A stretch of 64,000 nt of DNA, taken from Thermoproteota archaeon (GTDB taxonomy: Archaea; Korarchaeota; Korarchaeia; Korarchaeales; Korarchaeaceae). This document shows positions 20,701 through 29,641 of this stretch, in pieces. Location of the stretch: the NCBI GenBank assembly GCA_026986575.1, contig JALSOH010000004.1, positions 608,001 to 672,000 of the forward strand, read 5' to 3'. Position numbers and translations under genes: made by a program. The notes beneath the pieces were generated by a model. That model saw only the letters and a list, made by a program, of their open reading frames with translations, was not told the origin of the DNA and searched no databases. Position 1 is the stretch's first letter; each line of letters begins with the position of its first letter.

Positions 20701-20988
20701 TCTCGCCTCCTCGATAGTTCTGAGAGTAGTATCTAGCATCTCGTCCCTTACTGGAAGCAAGTTAGATGGGTACAGGGCATACCCCTTTCCATCAACTAAA
20801 GTTACCAGTATGGCGTTGGCCCCCACATCCTTAAGTCTCCGGAGCGTTGGGGATGGATCGCAGGATGGGTCAGTGCAGGGATCATAGACCCCCAGCTCTA
20901 AACCCTCCACCTTGCTAGTGGAAATTCCGATCTGCACATGAAGGGCGAGCATGAGGAGAGCTAAGGTTAGAGCGCGTTTCGGGCTCAC
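17767..20988 (-). CDS. Secreted tandem glycoside-hydrolase-like protein (two GHL10/GH42-like TIM barrels + GH42 trimerisation-like domain + C-terminal surface module)
   Basis: Signal peptide. ARKLGMRVYGWV and GVDGIDIND in barrel 1, ARSLGMRVVVYV and ADGVWLDVP in barrel 2. EHVQFDVI...LSQYDVLIAP. Confidence 0.75.
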   Translation of the reverse strand: MSPKRALTLALLMLALHVQIGISTSKVEGLELGVYDPCTDPSCDPSPTLRRLKDVGANAILVTLVDGKGYALYPSNLLPVRDEMLDTTLRTIEEARKLGMRVYGWVNIPHEVWLRKHPEWIAVLSNGRPSDFYSADYFHRIVPPSRIVRERECIDLLRGVAREVAALGVDGIDINDNFQFSDVYLERSNTSLLTSYDEFTVRAFERDTGVTVKGNSPEEWASFIEGDDQIREKWVKWRAEQVTELIRIITSAAREVRPSIEVRPHLLIWDPLETYGIDFSGIAAVTGTLYVMIPSSESRLRHFKTVWKARQVASKVVASTYLPDLPGLSEEEARKRAFWIASAGADGIYVFWEGVGEERYGLMRAIFDEFRRVKDYQAPNWLKGARVVSVYAESPDVDISALKDQGVSLVELDVGLSSCDMLYRDFSKALETVRAITREARSLGMRVVVYVPALEVVCDEPIHEEWAQVSLDGRRLVVTGEELNVPWVEGGEIDLWMSPLSPHREILIDRVRKLLEVADGVWLDVPHLPEYLTEEMSDLWPDASDWGREGFEEEYWESSPSSTDDPSFPLWLRWRHDMALDLVLAVAEEAFSLGKALLVESSACDAGATELGFDPVFLRYNPTIVLVPEIGPPAWEEGLSNATLSEWAHFYAMLKHERGSVRDGIIIPLTYGRDASDSAKQLGLLLPLTNGFFETNSNGLMTGSVGAEFRKRAFWLVKMLSGVKRSTRSRVGVLFSSFTRDFVDTYIAGPYDVEGTIHMRTFREVIRVLAEEHVQFDVIPIEMASKSELSQYDVLIAPELRVLSSEARGILASYGGELLVVGKLGVLDERGRIVEELRVGRRIDIESLSRFLRGAVEAPEGVLVERFGNGCEVLSLVNVGNVKGKVSQSEGWVLYFDSLAVEPVSGHINTPETFLLIFVGDEGGPSKPVGADIAAFGVDRSMNADLISKLEAPFTSSGAVIRLGGPAVDPSWSISGGTEFIKHNGVFVGIRVENRTYISSFGKIDYSLIERTKCGGFTFYRIAGVTRYGTRAGLLWLVNRGVDKRLTLLKWVDDGDGIVELSEIKVEKTGSGG

Positions 20989-21065
20989 GGGCGGAGGTGC
21001 GTCATCATTTATATTAACGCGTTACTGGAGCGATATAACAATTGTAATTCAGCGGGGCGCGGAAC

Positions 21066-21764
21066 ATGCAGGCCCTGAGGGTTCCTAAAGAGAGTGGATT
21101 GTTATCTCTTTGGTTGGCTACCCTGATCTACGCCCTTCTAAAGGTCAGGACATGGAACTTCCTCGTCTTATCATCACTAGCTGGTTCAATAGCACTCCTC
21201 CTCATATCAGATGAGATCCTGAACCTAATAGCCAGTAAGAGGATCAAGAAACTTATTAAGCAGCTGTCAGTGGTCCTCATCTTCTATATCCCACTACTCT
21301 TAGTGTATCCAATGGTCCTCCTCTTAGGTCTCATTACGGTTCCCCTTGTCGCGATCATTTTCTTATCCACTTCTCCCAGTAGGGAGATCACCCATGGATC
21401 CACAATAGCGGGTTCCGCAGCCCTAGCAATGCACTCACCCATTTTGATAATCTCAGGAGGTGAACTCGATCTAGCCTATTTGCTCCTACCACCCCTCTAC
21501 TCGATCATGGCTACTAGTCACGCGTCGATAAGGGTCCTAGGTTGGGAATTAAAGGCCCTCCTCTCGGGAATAGTGGCTGGAGTAACACTTATCTCGATCA
21601 CTTTACCGTCTCCGAGCCTCGCGACTGTAATTCTAGTTGACATATCCAGCAGGCTGCTTCAGGAGATCACAGGACTATCTTCTAAGGTCAGGGTGAGAAC
21701 CTACGGATTCATCGAACTTGCAAGGTCCTGCCTCACGCTCGCTGTCTCGGCCATGATCGGTTGA
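21066..21764 (+). CDS. YwiC-like integral membrane protein
   Basis: N-terminal VPKESG and C-terminal YGFIEL resemble YwiC termini. Multiple TM helices. Confidence 0.5.
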   Translation: MQALRVPKESGLLSLWLATLIYALLKVRTWNFLVLSSLAGSIALLLISDEILNLIASKRIKKLIKQLSVVLIFYIPLLLVYPMVLLLGLITVPLVAIIFLSTSPSREITHGSTIAGSAALAMHSPILIISGGELDLAYLLLPPLYSIMATSHASIRVLGWELKALLSGIVAGVTLISITLPSPSLATVILVDISSRLLQEITGLSSKVRVRTYGFIELARSCLTLAVSAMIG

Positions 21765-21801
21765 GCGAAAGAAGGATAAGCTGTAAACAGGTGCTGTTTA
21801 T

Positions 21802-22530
21802 GTGATGTTCAGACGCCTTAGAGCATCGATCATCGTTCTCACTTTGGGGTACCTGTCAAACGGACTGATGTTCCTTTTGGGGTCTAGGAGAGAAGCTGAC
21901 ATAATTCTGCTGATCTCTCTAATTATCTCTCTGGCCCTCGCATCATCCGAGTGGAGTGGCGCACCCGCTTTATTCCTGTCTGGGTGCCTTGTGGGCTTCT
22001 TCATGGAGCTGATAGGAATTCATTGCGGGATTCCCTTCGGGGAGTACAGCTACCTTTCCTTCGAAGGGGCGAGTCTATGGGATGTGCCTATTCCTATAGC
22101 CCTGGCATGGGGCTTCTACCTTTACACGGCTTACCTCGCATCCCTCCCCATAGTTAAGAGAAACTGGAGGATCGCTTTCGCCTCCCTACTCATGGTGATA
22201 CTGGACATGGCCGTGGATCCAGTCATGGTAGAGCGTAGAGTATGGACATGGAAATCAGGCGGCCCGTGGTTTGGTATCCCGCTGTCGAACTTCCTAGGAT
22301 GGTTCGTCACGTCTGCTCTGGCCCTCAGCATATTCGAGCAATTGACTGGCTCATCACATCCCACATGGCGCTCTCGACAAGTCTACGCGCCGTATCTCGC
22401 TAGCTTCTTCCCCATAATGCTACTGTCTGGGTCGGAATCGATCTCTGCTGTGGTGATCTCTTTCTCTCTGGCTGTAATCCTGATGGTAGGGATGCATAAA
22501 ATCACTCAACGGGCCTTATCGCGCTCCTGA
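21802..22530 (+). CDS. Carotenoid biosynthesis protein (CruF/DUF422 hydratase family)
   Basis: ELIGIHCGIPFGEYSY, DMAVDPVM, WFGIPLSNFLGW. Confidence 0.85.
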   Translation: MMFRRLRASIIVLTLGYLSNGLMFLLGSRREADIILLISLIISLALASSEWSGAPALFLSGCLVGFFMELIGIHCGIPFGEYSYLSFEGASLWDVPIPIALAWGFYLYTAYLASLPIVKRNWRIAFASLLMVILDMAVDPVMVERRVWTWKSGGPWFGIPLSNFLGWFVTSALALSIFEQLTGSSHPTWRSRQVYAPYLASFFPIMLLSGSESISAVVISFSLAVILMVGMHKITQRALSRS

Positions 22531-24145
22531 ACTTCGATATGAGCTTGTCAGACCCCATCACTATTCCCACCGAAAGCAGGATGACCGATATGAAGGATAA
22601 GGGATTGGAGAATGTTAGCACGATCCCCCTCCTGAAGAACTCGTCGGCAATGCTGAGCATGGGAAGAACTGTCATGTAAAGTATGAGCACTCTAAGCAGG
22701 ATGCTGAACGCGGAAGAGATGCCTAACTCGCTTATCCTCCTTATGTCACTGGCCATCCTCTGGAAGATTATGTAAATGGCCGCTATTATGGAAGAGAACA
22801 GGGCTATGAGTATAACTTGATGGAAACCCACCCTGAGGTTGAAGAGGAAGGACAGCACGTAGGTTATGCTGATTATCAGGGCCAGCTGGTAGACATGGTA
22901 CTTGAAGTCCACATCCGCTATGAGGTTGTTTATGAGGTCGCTAACCTCCTCGTGGACCTTCAGTATGCTATCCATCAGGGGCTTGGGTGTTTTCAGCATT
23001 ATCGCGTTCACTATGGCATCAACCCTCTTGCTGATCACATTGAGAAAGGTCAGGTTGAACGCGTAGGCGAACATTGCACCTAGAGCGAGCTCGGTAGGGA
23101 GTTCAACGCCCTGAGCTAGGAGAGTCGCCAGCACAAGCAAGCCGAACTCTCCTGTATTGGCCAGAACGAGGCTCAGCCTCATCCCCCTTATGAACTCCAG
23201 CCCGCTGAGGAAACTAGCCGCGAACAGGGCGATGGCCCTGAACACATAGGCTAATATGGCTAGGGTGAATCCTATCGAGGCCGCCTTCGCGTAAACCCAG
23301 AAGATCTCAGCCGTGGTTGTCTCCAAGACATGGACTTCGTAAGGCAACGTCATCACGAAGCCCATGAGGGCCAAGGTCATCAGCCCCTCGAGCACCTCGA
23401 ACACGGGCTTGTCCATTCCTTGTATGGCCATGGATATGGCTCCGATGAACACAACTAGGGCCTCCGGTAGGTGAAGGAACTCGGATATGGAGATGAGTAT
23501 TAGCATGTAGAGGAGGACCGTCAGCAGCTTGGTGCTCTCACCAGCCCCCCTCACTATCCTGTCTATCCACCTCGCCAAGATCACCGTTATAGCTAGGACC
23601 ACGATACTCCAAGCGATAAGCCCGTAGACTGCTTCTCTAGAAAGACCTTCCAGCCCCAAGGTGAAGTAACCCACCGATGCTAGGAACACGGCCAAGGAAT
23701 CCTCTAGGATCGAGATGGCTATCCCATAGTTGGCCAGCTCCCTATCTACGCTTTTACCGTACTCATACGCGAAGGCCTCATTGGATGCTATCATTATTGC
23801 CGTGAGTGTTAGGGCGCCGGCTGGGTTCATCACCGTCCTCAAGAACCCGTAAAGAGTGAGAAGGATAGAGGCCTCGAAGAAGATGAAGAGGAGGAGCCTT
23901 TCCTTCTCCTTCCTCATGAAATCCACGTCTAACTCTACACCAGCTATGAACACCAGCAGAGCGAGGGCGAAAGGACTCAAATTTACTAGGAGGGTTGGTA
24001 TCTCGAGACCGAGGGCCTTCCCCACCAAGGAGCCTATCATCAAGGCTGGTAGTATAACGACTGGCCTTATCCTGCTGTAGGCCACAGCTATCAGCGATAC
24101 CACAGCCAAGTACAGTATGTGGGGAAGGGCCACCTCGGTCAGCAA
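22502..24145 (-). CDS. Cation:proton antiporter (CPA2/KefB-like) with extra C-terminal TM helices
   Basis: LLVFIAGVELD, ISILEDSLAV, LANTGEFGLLV. Confidence 0.8.
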   Translation of the reverse strand: MLTEVALPHILYLAVVSLIAVAYSRIRPVVILPALMIGSLVGKALGLEIPTLLVNLSPFALALLVFIAGVELDVDFMRKEKERLLLFIFFEASILLTLYGFLRTVMNPAGALTLTAIMIASNEAFAYEYGKSVDRELANYGIAISILEDSLAVFLASVGYFTLGLEGLSREAVYGLIAWSIVVLAITVILARWIDRIVRGAGESTKLLTVLLYMLILISISEFLHLPEALVVFIGAISMAIQGMDKPVFEVLEGLMTLALMGFVMTLPYEVHVLETTTAEIFWVYAKAASIGFTLAILAYVFRAIALFAASFLSGLEFIRGMRLSLVLANTGEFGLLVLATLLAQGVELPTELALGAMFAYAFNLTFLNVISKRVDAIVNAIMLKTPKPLMDSILKVHEEVSDLINNLIADVDFKYHVYQLALIISITYVLSFLFNLRVGFHQVILIALFSSIIAAIYIIFQRMASDIRRISELGISSAFSILLRVLILYMTVLPMLSIADEFFRRGIVLTFSNPLSFISVILLSVGIVMGSDKLISKFRSAIRPVE

Positions 24146-24166
24146 TTTTTACTCCCGTCGATTCAG

Positions 24167-24751
24167 CTAGATGGTCGATAAATAATGGTTACCTAGTTCC
24201 ATGCAGAGATCTAAGTATGCCCTGTACTTGAGCGGTATGGACAGCGAGGCAGGCTCGCTATTAACCACGTTGGACACGGAAGCACCGGGAGGAGGCGCGA
24301 ATATGGCTGCCTTTGAGACCTCCAACTCAGCCCCAGCGAACTCCACGATGAACTTCAGTTCTTTGAGCTCTTCCATAAGGGGCTTGAGGACGCTCTCAAC
24401 AGACGCGCTTCTGAGAAGGATCCTAGCTCTGAGTTCACCCTCCTCGATCTCTAATCCGACTATCTCATCTCCTCTCCTTTTGGCCAGCGACTTTAGATCC
24501 TTGAGTCTTCCCCTTTCCACGGACAAATTTAGCTCGAAGGTACCGTCTTCCAGATCAGATTCTCCGAGCTCTCTCAGGAGACCGATTCCCTCATAGGAAG
24601 ATTTAGCCTCCTCGAGAGCCTCTTTCAACAGGTTTTCCATGAAACTTGGGCTGATCACTACTGTAACCCGCGCCGAGGTGAAGTTCACCACGACCTCTTC
24701 CACCTCCGGCCTTTCCCAAAGACTTCTCGCAACTGATAGCAACTCTCTCAT
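24167..24751 (-). CDS. Hypothetical protein
   Basis: Overlaps upstream ORF by ATGA coupling. Acidic soluble protein. Confidence 0.7.
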   Translation of the reverse strand: MRELLSVARSLWERPEVEEVVVNFTSARVTVVISPSFMENLLKEALEEAKSSYEGIGLLRELGESDLEDGTFELNLSVERGRLKDLKSLAKRRGDEIVGLEIEEGELRARILLRSASVESVLKPLMEELKELKFIVEFAGAELEVSKAAIFAPPPGASVSNVVNSEPASLSIPLKYRAYLDLCMELGNHYLSTI

Positions 24752-25296
24752 GAGACAACCCCCTCCTCCTCGCCCCCATGCTCGTGTTCATGCTCATGCT
24801 CGGGTGAACATTCCTCTGCAGTCGAAATGTACACGGAGACCTCAACACACTCCTTCGTGAGCTCGTAACCAATGAGGGAAAACGTCTTCACCTCAGGTGG
24901 GAGTACCTTGGATATCAGATAGGCCATATGGATTGAAAAGGCACTTAGAGATCCTTTGGGATATATAAGGGCACCGAATTTATCATCTTTCAGCTCTAAA
25001 GTACCTATTACATCCTCGCTCTTCTTGACCACCTCGACTAAATCATCTAGTGAGCTCGGATCACCCTCAACGTATATCCAAGCATCAACGCCCTCCTCAT
25101 CCATTCCCCCCTCGGAGACTTTCCCATATCTCTTCTCCGCGTTACTGTATGACTCTCGAAGCACCTCCTTCATGTGGGTGATCTCCTCTCTAGGGAAGCG
25201 GATGGTGACTATGAAGAGGTCTGGGTCCTCTGGATCCCTAGATACTTTAGTAACTGGAGCGATTCCCTTGATGGCCTCTAGTATTTTGAGAAGCAT
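24748..25296 (-). CDS. Hypothetical protein with C-terminal EHEHEHEH tail
   Basis: Likely start ATG 25296, downstream of TATA-like TTTTAAG. His/Glu repeat tail. Confidence 0.7.
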   Translation of the reverse strand: MLLKILEAIKGIAPVTKVSRDPEDPDLFIVTIRFPREEITHMKEVLRESYSNAEKRYGKVSEGGMDEEGVDAWIYVEGDPSSLDDLVEVVKKSEDVIGTLELKDDKFGALIYPKGSLSAFSIHMAYLISKVLPPEVKTFSLIGYELTKECVEVSVYISTAEECSPEHEHEHEHGGEEEGVVS

Positions 25297-25369
25297 GGTC
25301 CATCCCTCCGGAGTGGCTGAACTTAAAAGTCCATCCACACATGGGAGCTGTATCAACCTTTAATATATC

Positions 25370-25639
25370 ATGCATCAGACCTTCCGGGTGGAGATGGCTA
25401 AGGTCGAGGTCTCTCAAGGAGTTTACGTAATATGCGAGATCAGGGAGGAGAACGGAGGTATCTTCCTCGAGTGCAGCCTTCGAAGACAGGGGAGACTGGG
25501 ATTGAAGCTTCACGAGAAGCTGAGGGACATGGAAGAGATCGAGGAGATAATGAAGAGACCTAGATGGCTGGGGGAGGAGTCCGATAGAGCTTTGAGAAGG
25601 GCGCTGTCCCTCCTACTTGGGAAGGTGAGGGAGAATTAG
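25370..25639 (+). CDS. Small hypothetical protein
   Basis: 89-aa ORF with typical codon usage. True start possibly ATG 25394. Confidence 0.6.
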   Translation: MHQTFRVEMAKVEVSQGVYVICEIREENGGIFLECSLRRQGRLGLKLHEKLRDMEEIEEIMKRPRWLGEESDRALRRALSLLLGKVREN

Positions 25640-25679
25640 CCTCAATCTCACCAAGCTGGACGTTCTGGATAAAATAGAC

Positions 25680-25922
25680 ATGGTGTGCGTGGGCGCCGAG
25701 AGGGTGGACGAGTACGAGGCCGAGGGATTTCTCCTGAGGGATGAGGAGGAATACATGGTCATCATAGTGGAAAGGGAAAATTTAGAGGGAAGGTTCCCGG
25801 CCGTCTGGATAGGTAAATTCTCTAACTTGGACGAGGCCAAGAATGCGCTCAGGGACATGCTCTACAACTTGGGTAGGCTGAACGACAGGGGATTCGGCTG
25901 TCACGAGGCGCCTCTGACCTGA
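25680..25922 (+). CDS. Small hypothetical protein
   Basis: 80-aa acidic ORF with typical codon usage. Confidence 0.5.
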   Translation: MVCVGAERVDEYEAEGFLLRDEEEYMVIIVERENLEGRFPAVWIGKFSNLDEAKNALRDMLYNLGRLNDRGFGCHEAPLT

Positions 25923-26944
25923 TCACCTGTTTCCAGTGAAATTAGGGCAACTCCCCTCTCCTTGAACGGCCATGGAATGGCACTGACTCCTGTAGGCTTA
26001 CCGATCCTCTCGAAAGCCTCTTCTCCCTGCTTGCTCATCCAGAGATCGGGAGCTGACGGGTAAATCGCGTAGAATCTCAGGATCCTCCTCCTCAACTTAG
26101 CTCCAAGCAGTGAGATCTTCCTCCTCCTACTCCAATCCCTTAACTCGTTGGATAGCTGATCCAAGACCTCCTCAAGGGAGGAGATTCTCGGCAGCTTGGC
26201 GCGTAAGAGCCTTCTCATGATAAGATAGATCTTCACTCTCAGCTCCCCGTAAATCTCACCAACGTCTTGAGCAAACCTCAGCAACTCCAAGCTCTCGGAC
26301 TTGGGAACGGGGAGATAGACGCAGAGACCCTCCCTCAGACGCAACATCTTCGATGAGACCTCCTCAGGTACATCAGACGATCTAAGAGGGAGGAAACCCT
26401 TGGCCGTGCCGCCGTACCCGAAGGGATAGAGGACCAACTTCACCAGAGCATTCAAGCTCTTCCTGCTGAGAAGGGGTTCTAATCCCAGTGACATGAGGTA
26501 AAAGGCTTCTCTGGAGCTTGATCCCCATCTGCTCGCGTAGTCCCTCATGTATTCCAAATAAAGCTCCCTCATGTCTTTTATAGGGATCCCTTCTCCCCAT
26601 CCAATGCGGTTAAGGAGCATCCAAGCTAGGGAGAAGAGGACCACATCTCTGAGCGGAGAGACCGCGTACCCCCTACCGACACCGAGTGGGCGTGGGGCAA
26701 CAGGTTTGATCAGACCCTCCCTTCCCAGCCTCTCTATCCTCCGGATGTTACCCTCCAAGGGGACTATCGGGGGGCCAGAGAGTATGAGGGCCTCTGTCAG
26801 GGATGTCTCAATATTTGGGGTCCAGAGTATCCCCTCACCTATGTCAGGAGAGAAGTCTCGAGGTGAGACTTCTCCTCCCCTCAGCAGGCGCTCCATCAGC
26901 AGGGCTAGCCTCTCCACTCCCGTCTCCCGGGAGCGAGAGGTCAT
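25901..26944 (-). CDS. Hypothetical basic, helical protein
   Basis: 347-aa ORF, 2 bp downstream of the preceding gene. No motif recognised. Confidence 0.65.
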   Translation of the reverse strand: MTSRSRETGVERLALLMERLLRGGEVSPRDFSPDIGEGILWTPNIETSLTEALILSGPPIVPLEGNIRRIERLGREGLIKPVAPRPLGVGRGYAVSPLRDVVLFSLAWMLLNRIGWGEGIPIKDMRELYLEYMRDYASRWGSSSREAFYLMSLGLEPLLSRKSLNALVKLVLYPFGYGGTAKGFLPLRSSDVPEEVSSKMLRLREGLCVYLPVPKSESLELLRFAQDVGEIYGELRVKIYLIMRRLLRAKLPRISSLEEVLDQLSNELRDWSRRRKISLLGAKLRRRILRFYAIYPSAPDLWMSKQGEEAFERIGKPTGVSAIPWPFKERGVALISLETGDQVRGAS

Positions 26945-26946
26945 GT

Positions 26947-27450
26947 TCAGCCACCCGCCGGGGTTCCCATTATAACCACAACGGGGCTAGGAGAGGAGAG
27001 TAAGGCATCCACTTGCTTCAATCCCTTCAGCAGAAAAGTATTGGCCGCCCTGTAGGTCCCGTATCTGTCATTGCCTGCCACGACGACCACGGGCTTCCTT
27101 CCAGGGCCTCTCTTGATGAAGTAGTAGGCGTAGTTCTTTCTCTCAAGTCTACTCTTCTCTTCAGGGGACAGAAGAGAAGAAGATATCTGGCCTATCCCCT
27201 CCGGAGCCTTATGCCCGCCCAACACTATAACGAACTGACCATATTCCAGCGCCTCACTGTACTCCTGTGGGGAGAAGATTCTCACCTCGAACCCCATGGC
27301 CTCCAGTACAGACTTCATACTCTCGGCAGTGGGCATGTCTATCGAGTTGGAGACTATGGCAACGGGTCCCGTGAGAGAAGAAGCTTGGATCAGGGCGAGG
27401 GACTGGGATAGGAGGATCGCGAGGGCCATCAACGCGAAGAGGTTTCTCAT
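26947..27450 (-). CDS. Small secreted stand-alone S-layer/CWB2-like domain protein
   Basis: Signal peptide MRNLFALM... VIVLGGHKA and VVVAGNDRYGT resemble the CWB2 motif RIxGxDRYET. Confidence 0.75.
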   Translation of the reverse strand: MRNLFALMALAILLSQSLALIQASSLTGPVAIVSNSIDMPTAESMKSVLEAMGFEVRIFSPQEYSEALEYGQFVIVLGGHKAPEGIGQISSSLLSPEEKSRLERKNYAYYFIKRGPGRKPVVVVAGNDRYGTYRAANTFLLKGLKQVDALLSSPSPVVVIMGTPAGG

Positions 27451-27550
27451 CGTTGATGAAAGTGAAGAGAGCCCTATTAAAGGTTTACCTGTCATTCGCA
27501 TTCATTACGATCGACAGAGCCCCCAGAAAACGTTAAATGTCCTCCTCGGG

Positions 27551-27628
27551 AGTTGAATGGGCCGATGATGATAATTCCTTAAACCAACTCGGGATGAGGT
27601 CTGACGGGCGGACTGAAGGCCCCCAACT
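27551..27628 (+). ncRNA. Box C/D 2'-O-methylation guide sRNA
   Basis: Box C ATGATGA (27565-71), C' GGATGA, box D CTGA (27613-16), terminal stem GGGCC/GGCCC plus AGTTG/CAACT. The D guide contains TGACGGGCGG, complementary to the universal 16S CCGCCCGUCA. Confidence 0.88.
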
Positions 27629-27634
27629 ATTAAG

Positions 27635-28156
27635 GTGATTCCGGTGGAAGGAACGTCCGAGGAACTGGGTAAACGCGAGGGGATAGCACTGGTCCCTGTA
27701 AGGAGGAGGGATAAGGAGATAAGGGATCTGTGGGAGATAGAGAAGATCTTGAGGAAGGCATTCGTATGCAGGATCGCGCTGTGCGAGGAGGATAAGCCCT
27801 ACTGCGTTCCCATGGTATACTGCTACGAGGGAGGCGTGATATACCTCCACTCCGCCAAGGAGGGAAGAAAGCTGGATGTGTTGAGGAGGAACAACAAGGT
27901 ATGCTTCGAGGTGGAGATGGATGTTGAGGTGGTCACAGAAGGAAAACCCTGCTATTGGACCTTGAGGTACAGGAGTGTCTTGGGGAGGGGGAGGGCGTAC
28001 ATAGTCGAGGACCCGAACGAGAAGAGGAAGGCCCTAGAGTGCATGGTGGATAGGGTCTCGCCCGGCTACAGGTACCACTTCACTGAGGAGGAGTTGGAGA
28101 GCGTCGTCGTAATAAGGATAGAAGTGGAGGAGTTGAGTGGAAAGGTATCCGAGTGA
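27635..28156 (+). CDS. Pyridoxamine 5'-phosphate oxidase / NimA-like flavin-binding protein
   Basis: VRRRDKEI, PYCVPMVY, YLHSAKEGRK, VCFEV, YRSVLGRG, ELSGK. Confidence 0.9.
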   Translation: MIPVEGTSEELGKREGIALVPVRRRDKEIRDLWEIEKILRKAFVCRIALCEEDKPYCVPMVYCYEGGVIYLHSAKEGRKLDVLRRNNKVCFEVEMDVEVVTEGKPCYWTLRYRSVLGRGRAYIVEDPNEKRKALECMVDRVSPGYRYHFTEEELESVVVIRIEVEELSGKVSE

Positions 28157-28240
28157 TCACATTTTTCGGCTGTATAGCAATCCTTTTTAATGATGGGGAT
28201 ATGCAGCGCGAGGTGATGCGTCTTTGCGGAGAGTAACTTC

Positions 28241-28630
28241 TTGGTAGTTGCGTACTCTCCTGATCCCCTCTCGATCCCTAGTGTGGCCTCCCGCAATGGG
28301 GGAAAGGTTCTCCTCTCACCTCAGGAAGTCTTTCAGTGGCATTCCTTGGAAGGAGCGTTGACGAACCACTGCGTTGTGAAGGTGGAAATCTTAGATGATG
28401 AGGGTTTGGAACACACCTACCTGTTGGCCTTCCCCTCTGAGAAGGGAGCACAGGACTTTCTAACGGATCTATCGACCGTCGCACACCTCAAAGCGGTGGT
28501 AGAGGTACCTTCCCAAGAGATCGATGCTCTAGCGCCGAAGTGGATCATCTTCAAGGTATCGAAGTACGGGGGAAGGGCACACTACAACATGGCGGAAAAA
28601 TGGATGGGAGCTCAGGAGATCTTGATGTAG
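28241..28630 (+). CDS. Hypothetical protein
   Basis: 129-aa ORF. Start uncertain because the RBS at ~28210 is out of frame. Confidence 0.5.
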   Translation: MVVAYSPDPLSIPSVASRNGGKVLLSPQEVFQWHSLEGALTNHCVVKVEILDDEGLEHTYLLAFPSEKGAQDFLTDLSTVAHLKAVVEVPSQEIDALAPKWIIFKVSKYGGRAHYNMAEKWMGAQEILM

Positions 28631-28647
28631 CTCCCTCGTAATCCTCT

Positions 28648-29640
28648 TTATTCCCCGAATATTAGCCTCCTGACTCGGCGGCCTACCTCCTCTATGGGAT
28701 GCTCCTCCACCCTCCTCATCAGCTCGTTGAATCTCTCCCCTCCGTTTCTATAGACCTTCACCCATTCCCTCGCGAACTCGCCGCTGACCACTCTCTCAGC
28801 GTATCTCCTCATCCTGTCCTTGACCCCGTCGTCCAGCACCTTGGGTCCGACGGTCAGTCCACCATACCTAGCGGTCACCGACACCCTCTCCAGCATCCCC
28901 TTCATGCCGTACCTCCATATCAGGTCCATTATCAGCTTAGCCTCGTTTAGCGCCTCGAAGTACGCCACCTCCGGCTGGTAGCCCATGTCCACCAAGGTCT
29001 CCCAGCCCTTCAGTATGAGTTCCATTAACCCGCCGACCAGCACATTCTGCTCACCTATCAGGTCCGTCTCCGTTTCCTCCGCGAAGGTCGTCTCTATGAC
29101 CCCGGCCCTCGTGGCGCCAATCCCCTTGGCTATGGCTAAGGCATATTCTAGGGCCATTCCCGAGCTATCTTGGTGAACAGCCACTAGGGCGGGTACCCCC
29201 TTACCCCTGAGGAACTCTTCCCTCACGGCTGCACCCGGAGCCTTCGGGGCCACCATCACGACATCCACGCTGCTCTTGGGCTTTATCAGTCCGTAGTGCA
29301 CGGTGAAGCCGTGTGCGAAGTCAACTACTGCCCCATCCTTGAGGTTGGGCTCCACCTCGTTCATCCACACGTCGGGCTGCACCATGTCAGGTAGGAGGTA
29401 TAGTATGACGTCCGCCTTGGAGACGGCTTCTCCCACCTCATACACCTCGAAACCCTCTTTTTCAGCCTTCTCCCATGATTTACCTCTCCTGACTCCCACA
29501 ATCACATCCATACCACTGTCTCTAAGGTTCAGGGCTTGCGCCCTCCCCTGTATTCCGTAGCCGACGACCGCCACCTTCTTCCCCACTAGGGGGTCTAGGC
29601 TGACATCCTCGTCCGTGTACATCTTGGCCATTCCAATCAC
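28648..29640 (-). CDS. ilvC: Ketol-acid reductoisomerase
   Basis: [41 protein letters not shown]. Confidence 0.97.
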   Translation of the reverse strand: MIGMAKMYTDEDVSLDPLVGKKVAVVGYGIQGRAQALNLRDSGMDVIVGVRRGKSWEKAEKEGFEVYEVGEAVSKADVILYLLPDMVQPDVWMNEVEPNLKDGAVVDFAHGFTVHYGLIKPKSSVDVVMVAPKAPGAAVREEFLRGKGVPALVAVHQDSSGMALEYALAIAKGIGATRAGVIETTFAEETETDLIGEQNVLVGGLMELILKGWETLVDMGYQPEVAYFEALNEAKLIMDLIWRYGMKGMLERVSVTARYGGLTVGPKVLDDGVKDRMRRYAERVVSGEFAREWVKVYRNGGERFNELMRRVEEHPIEEVGRRVRRLIFGE

Positions 29641-29641
29641 C

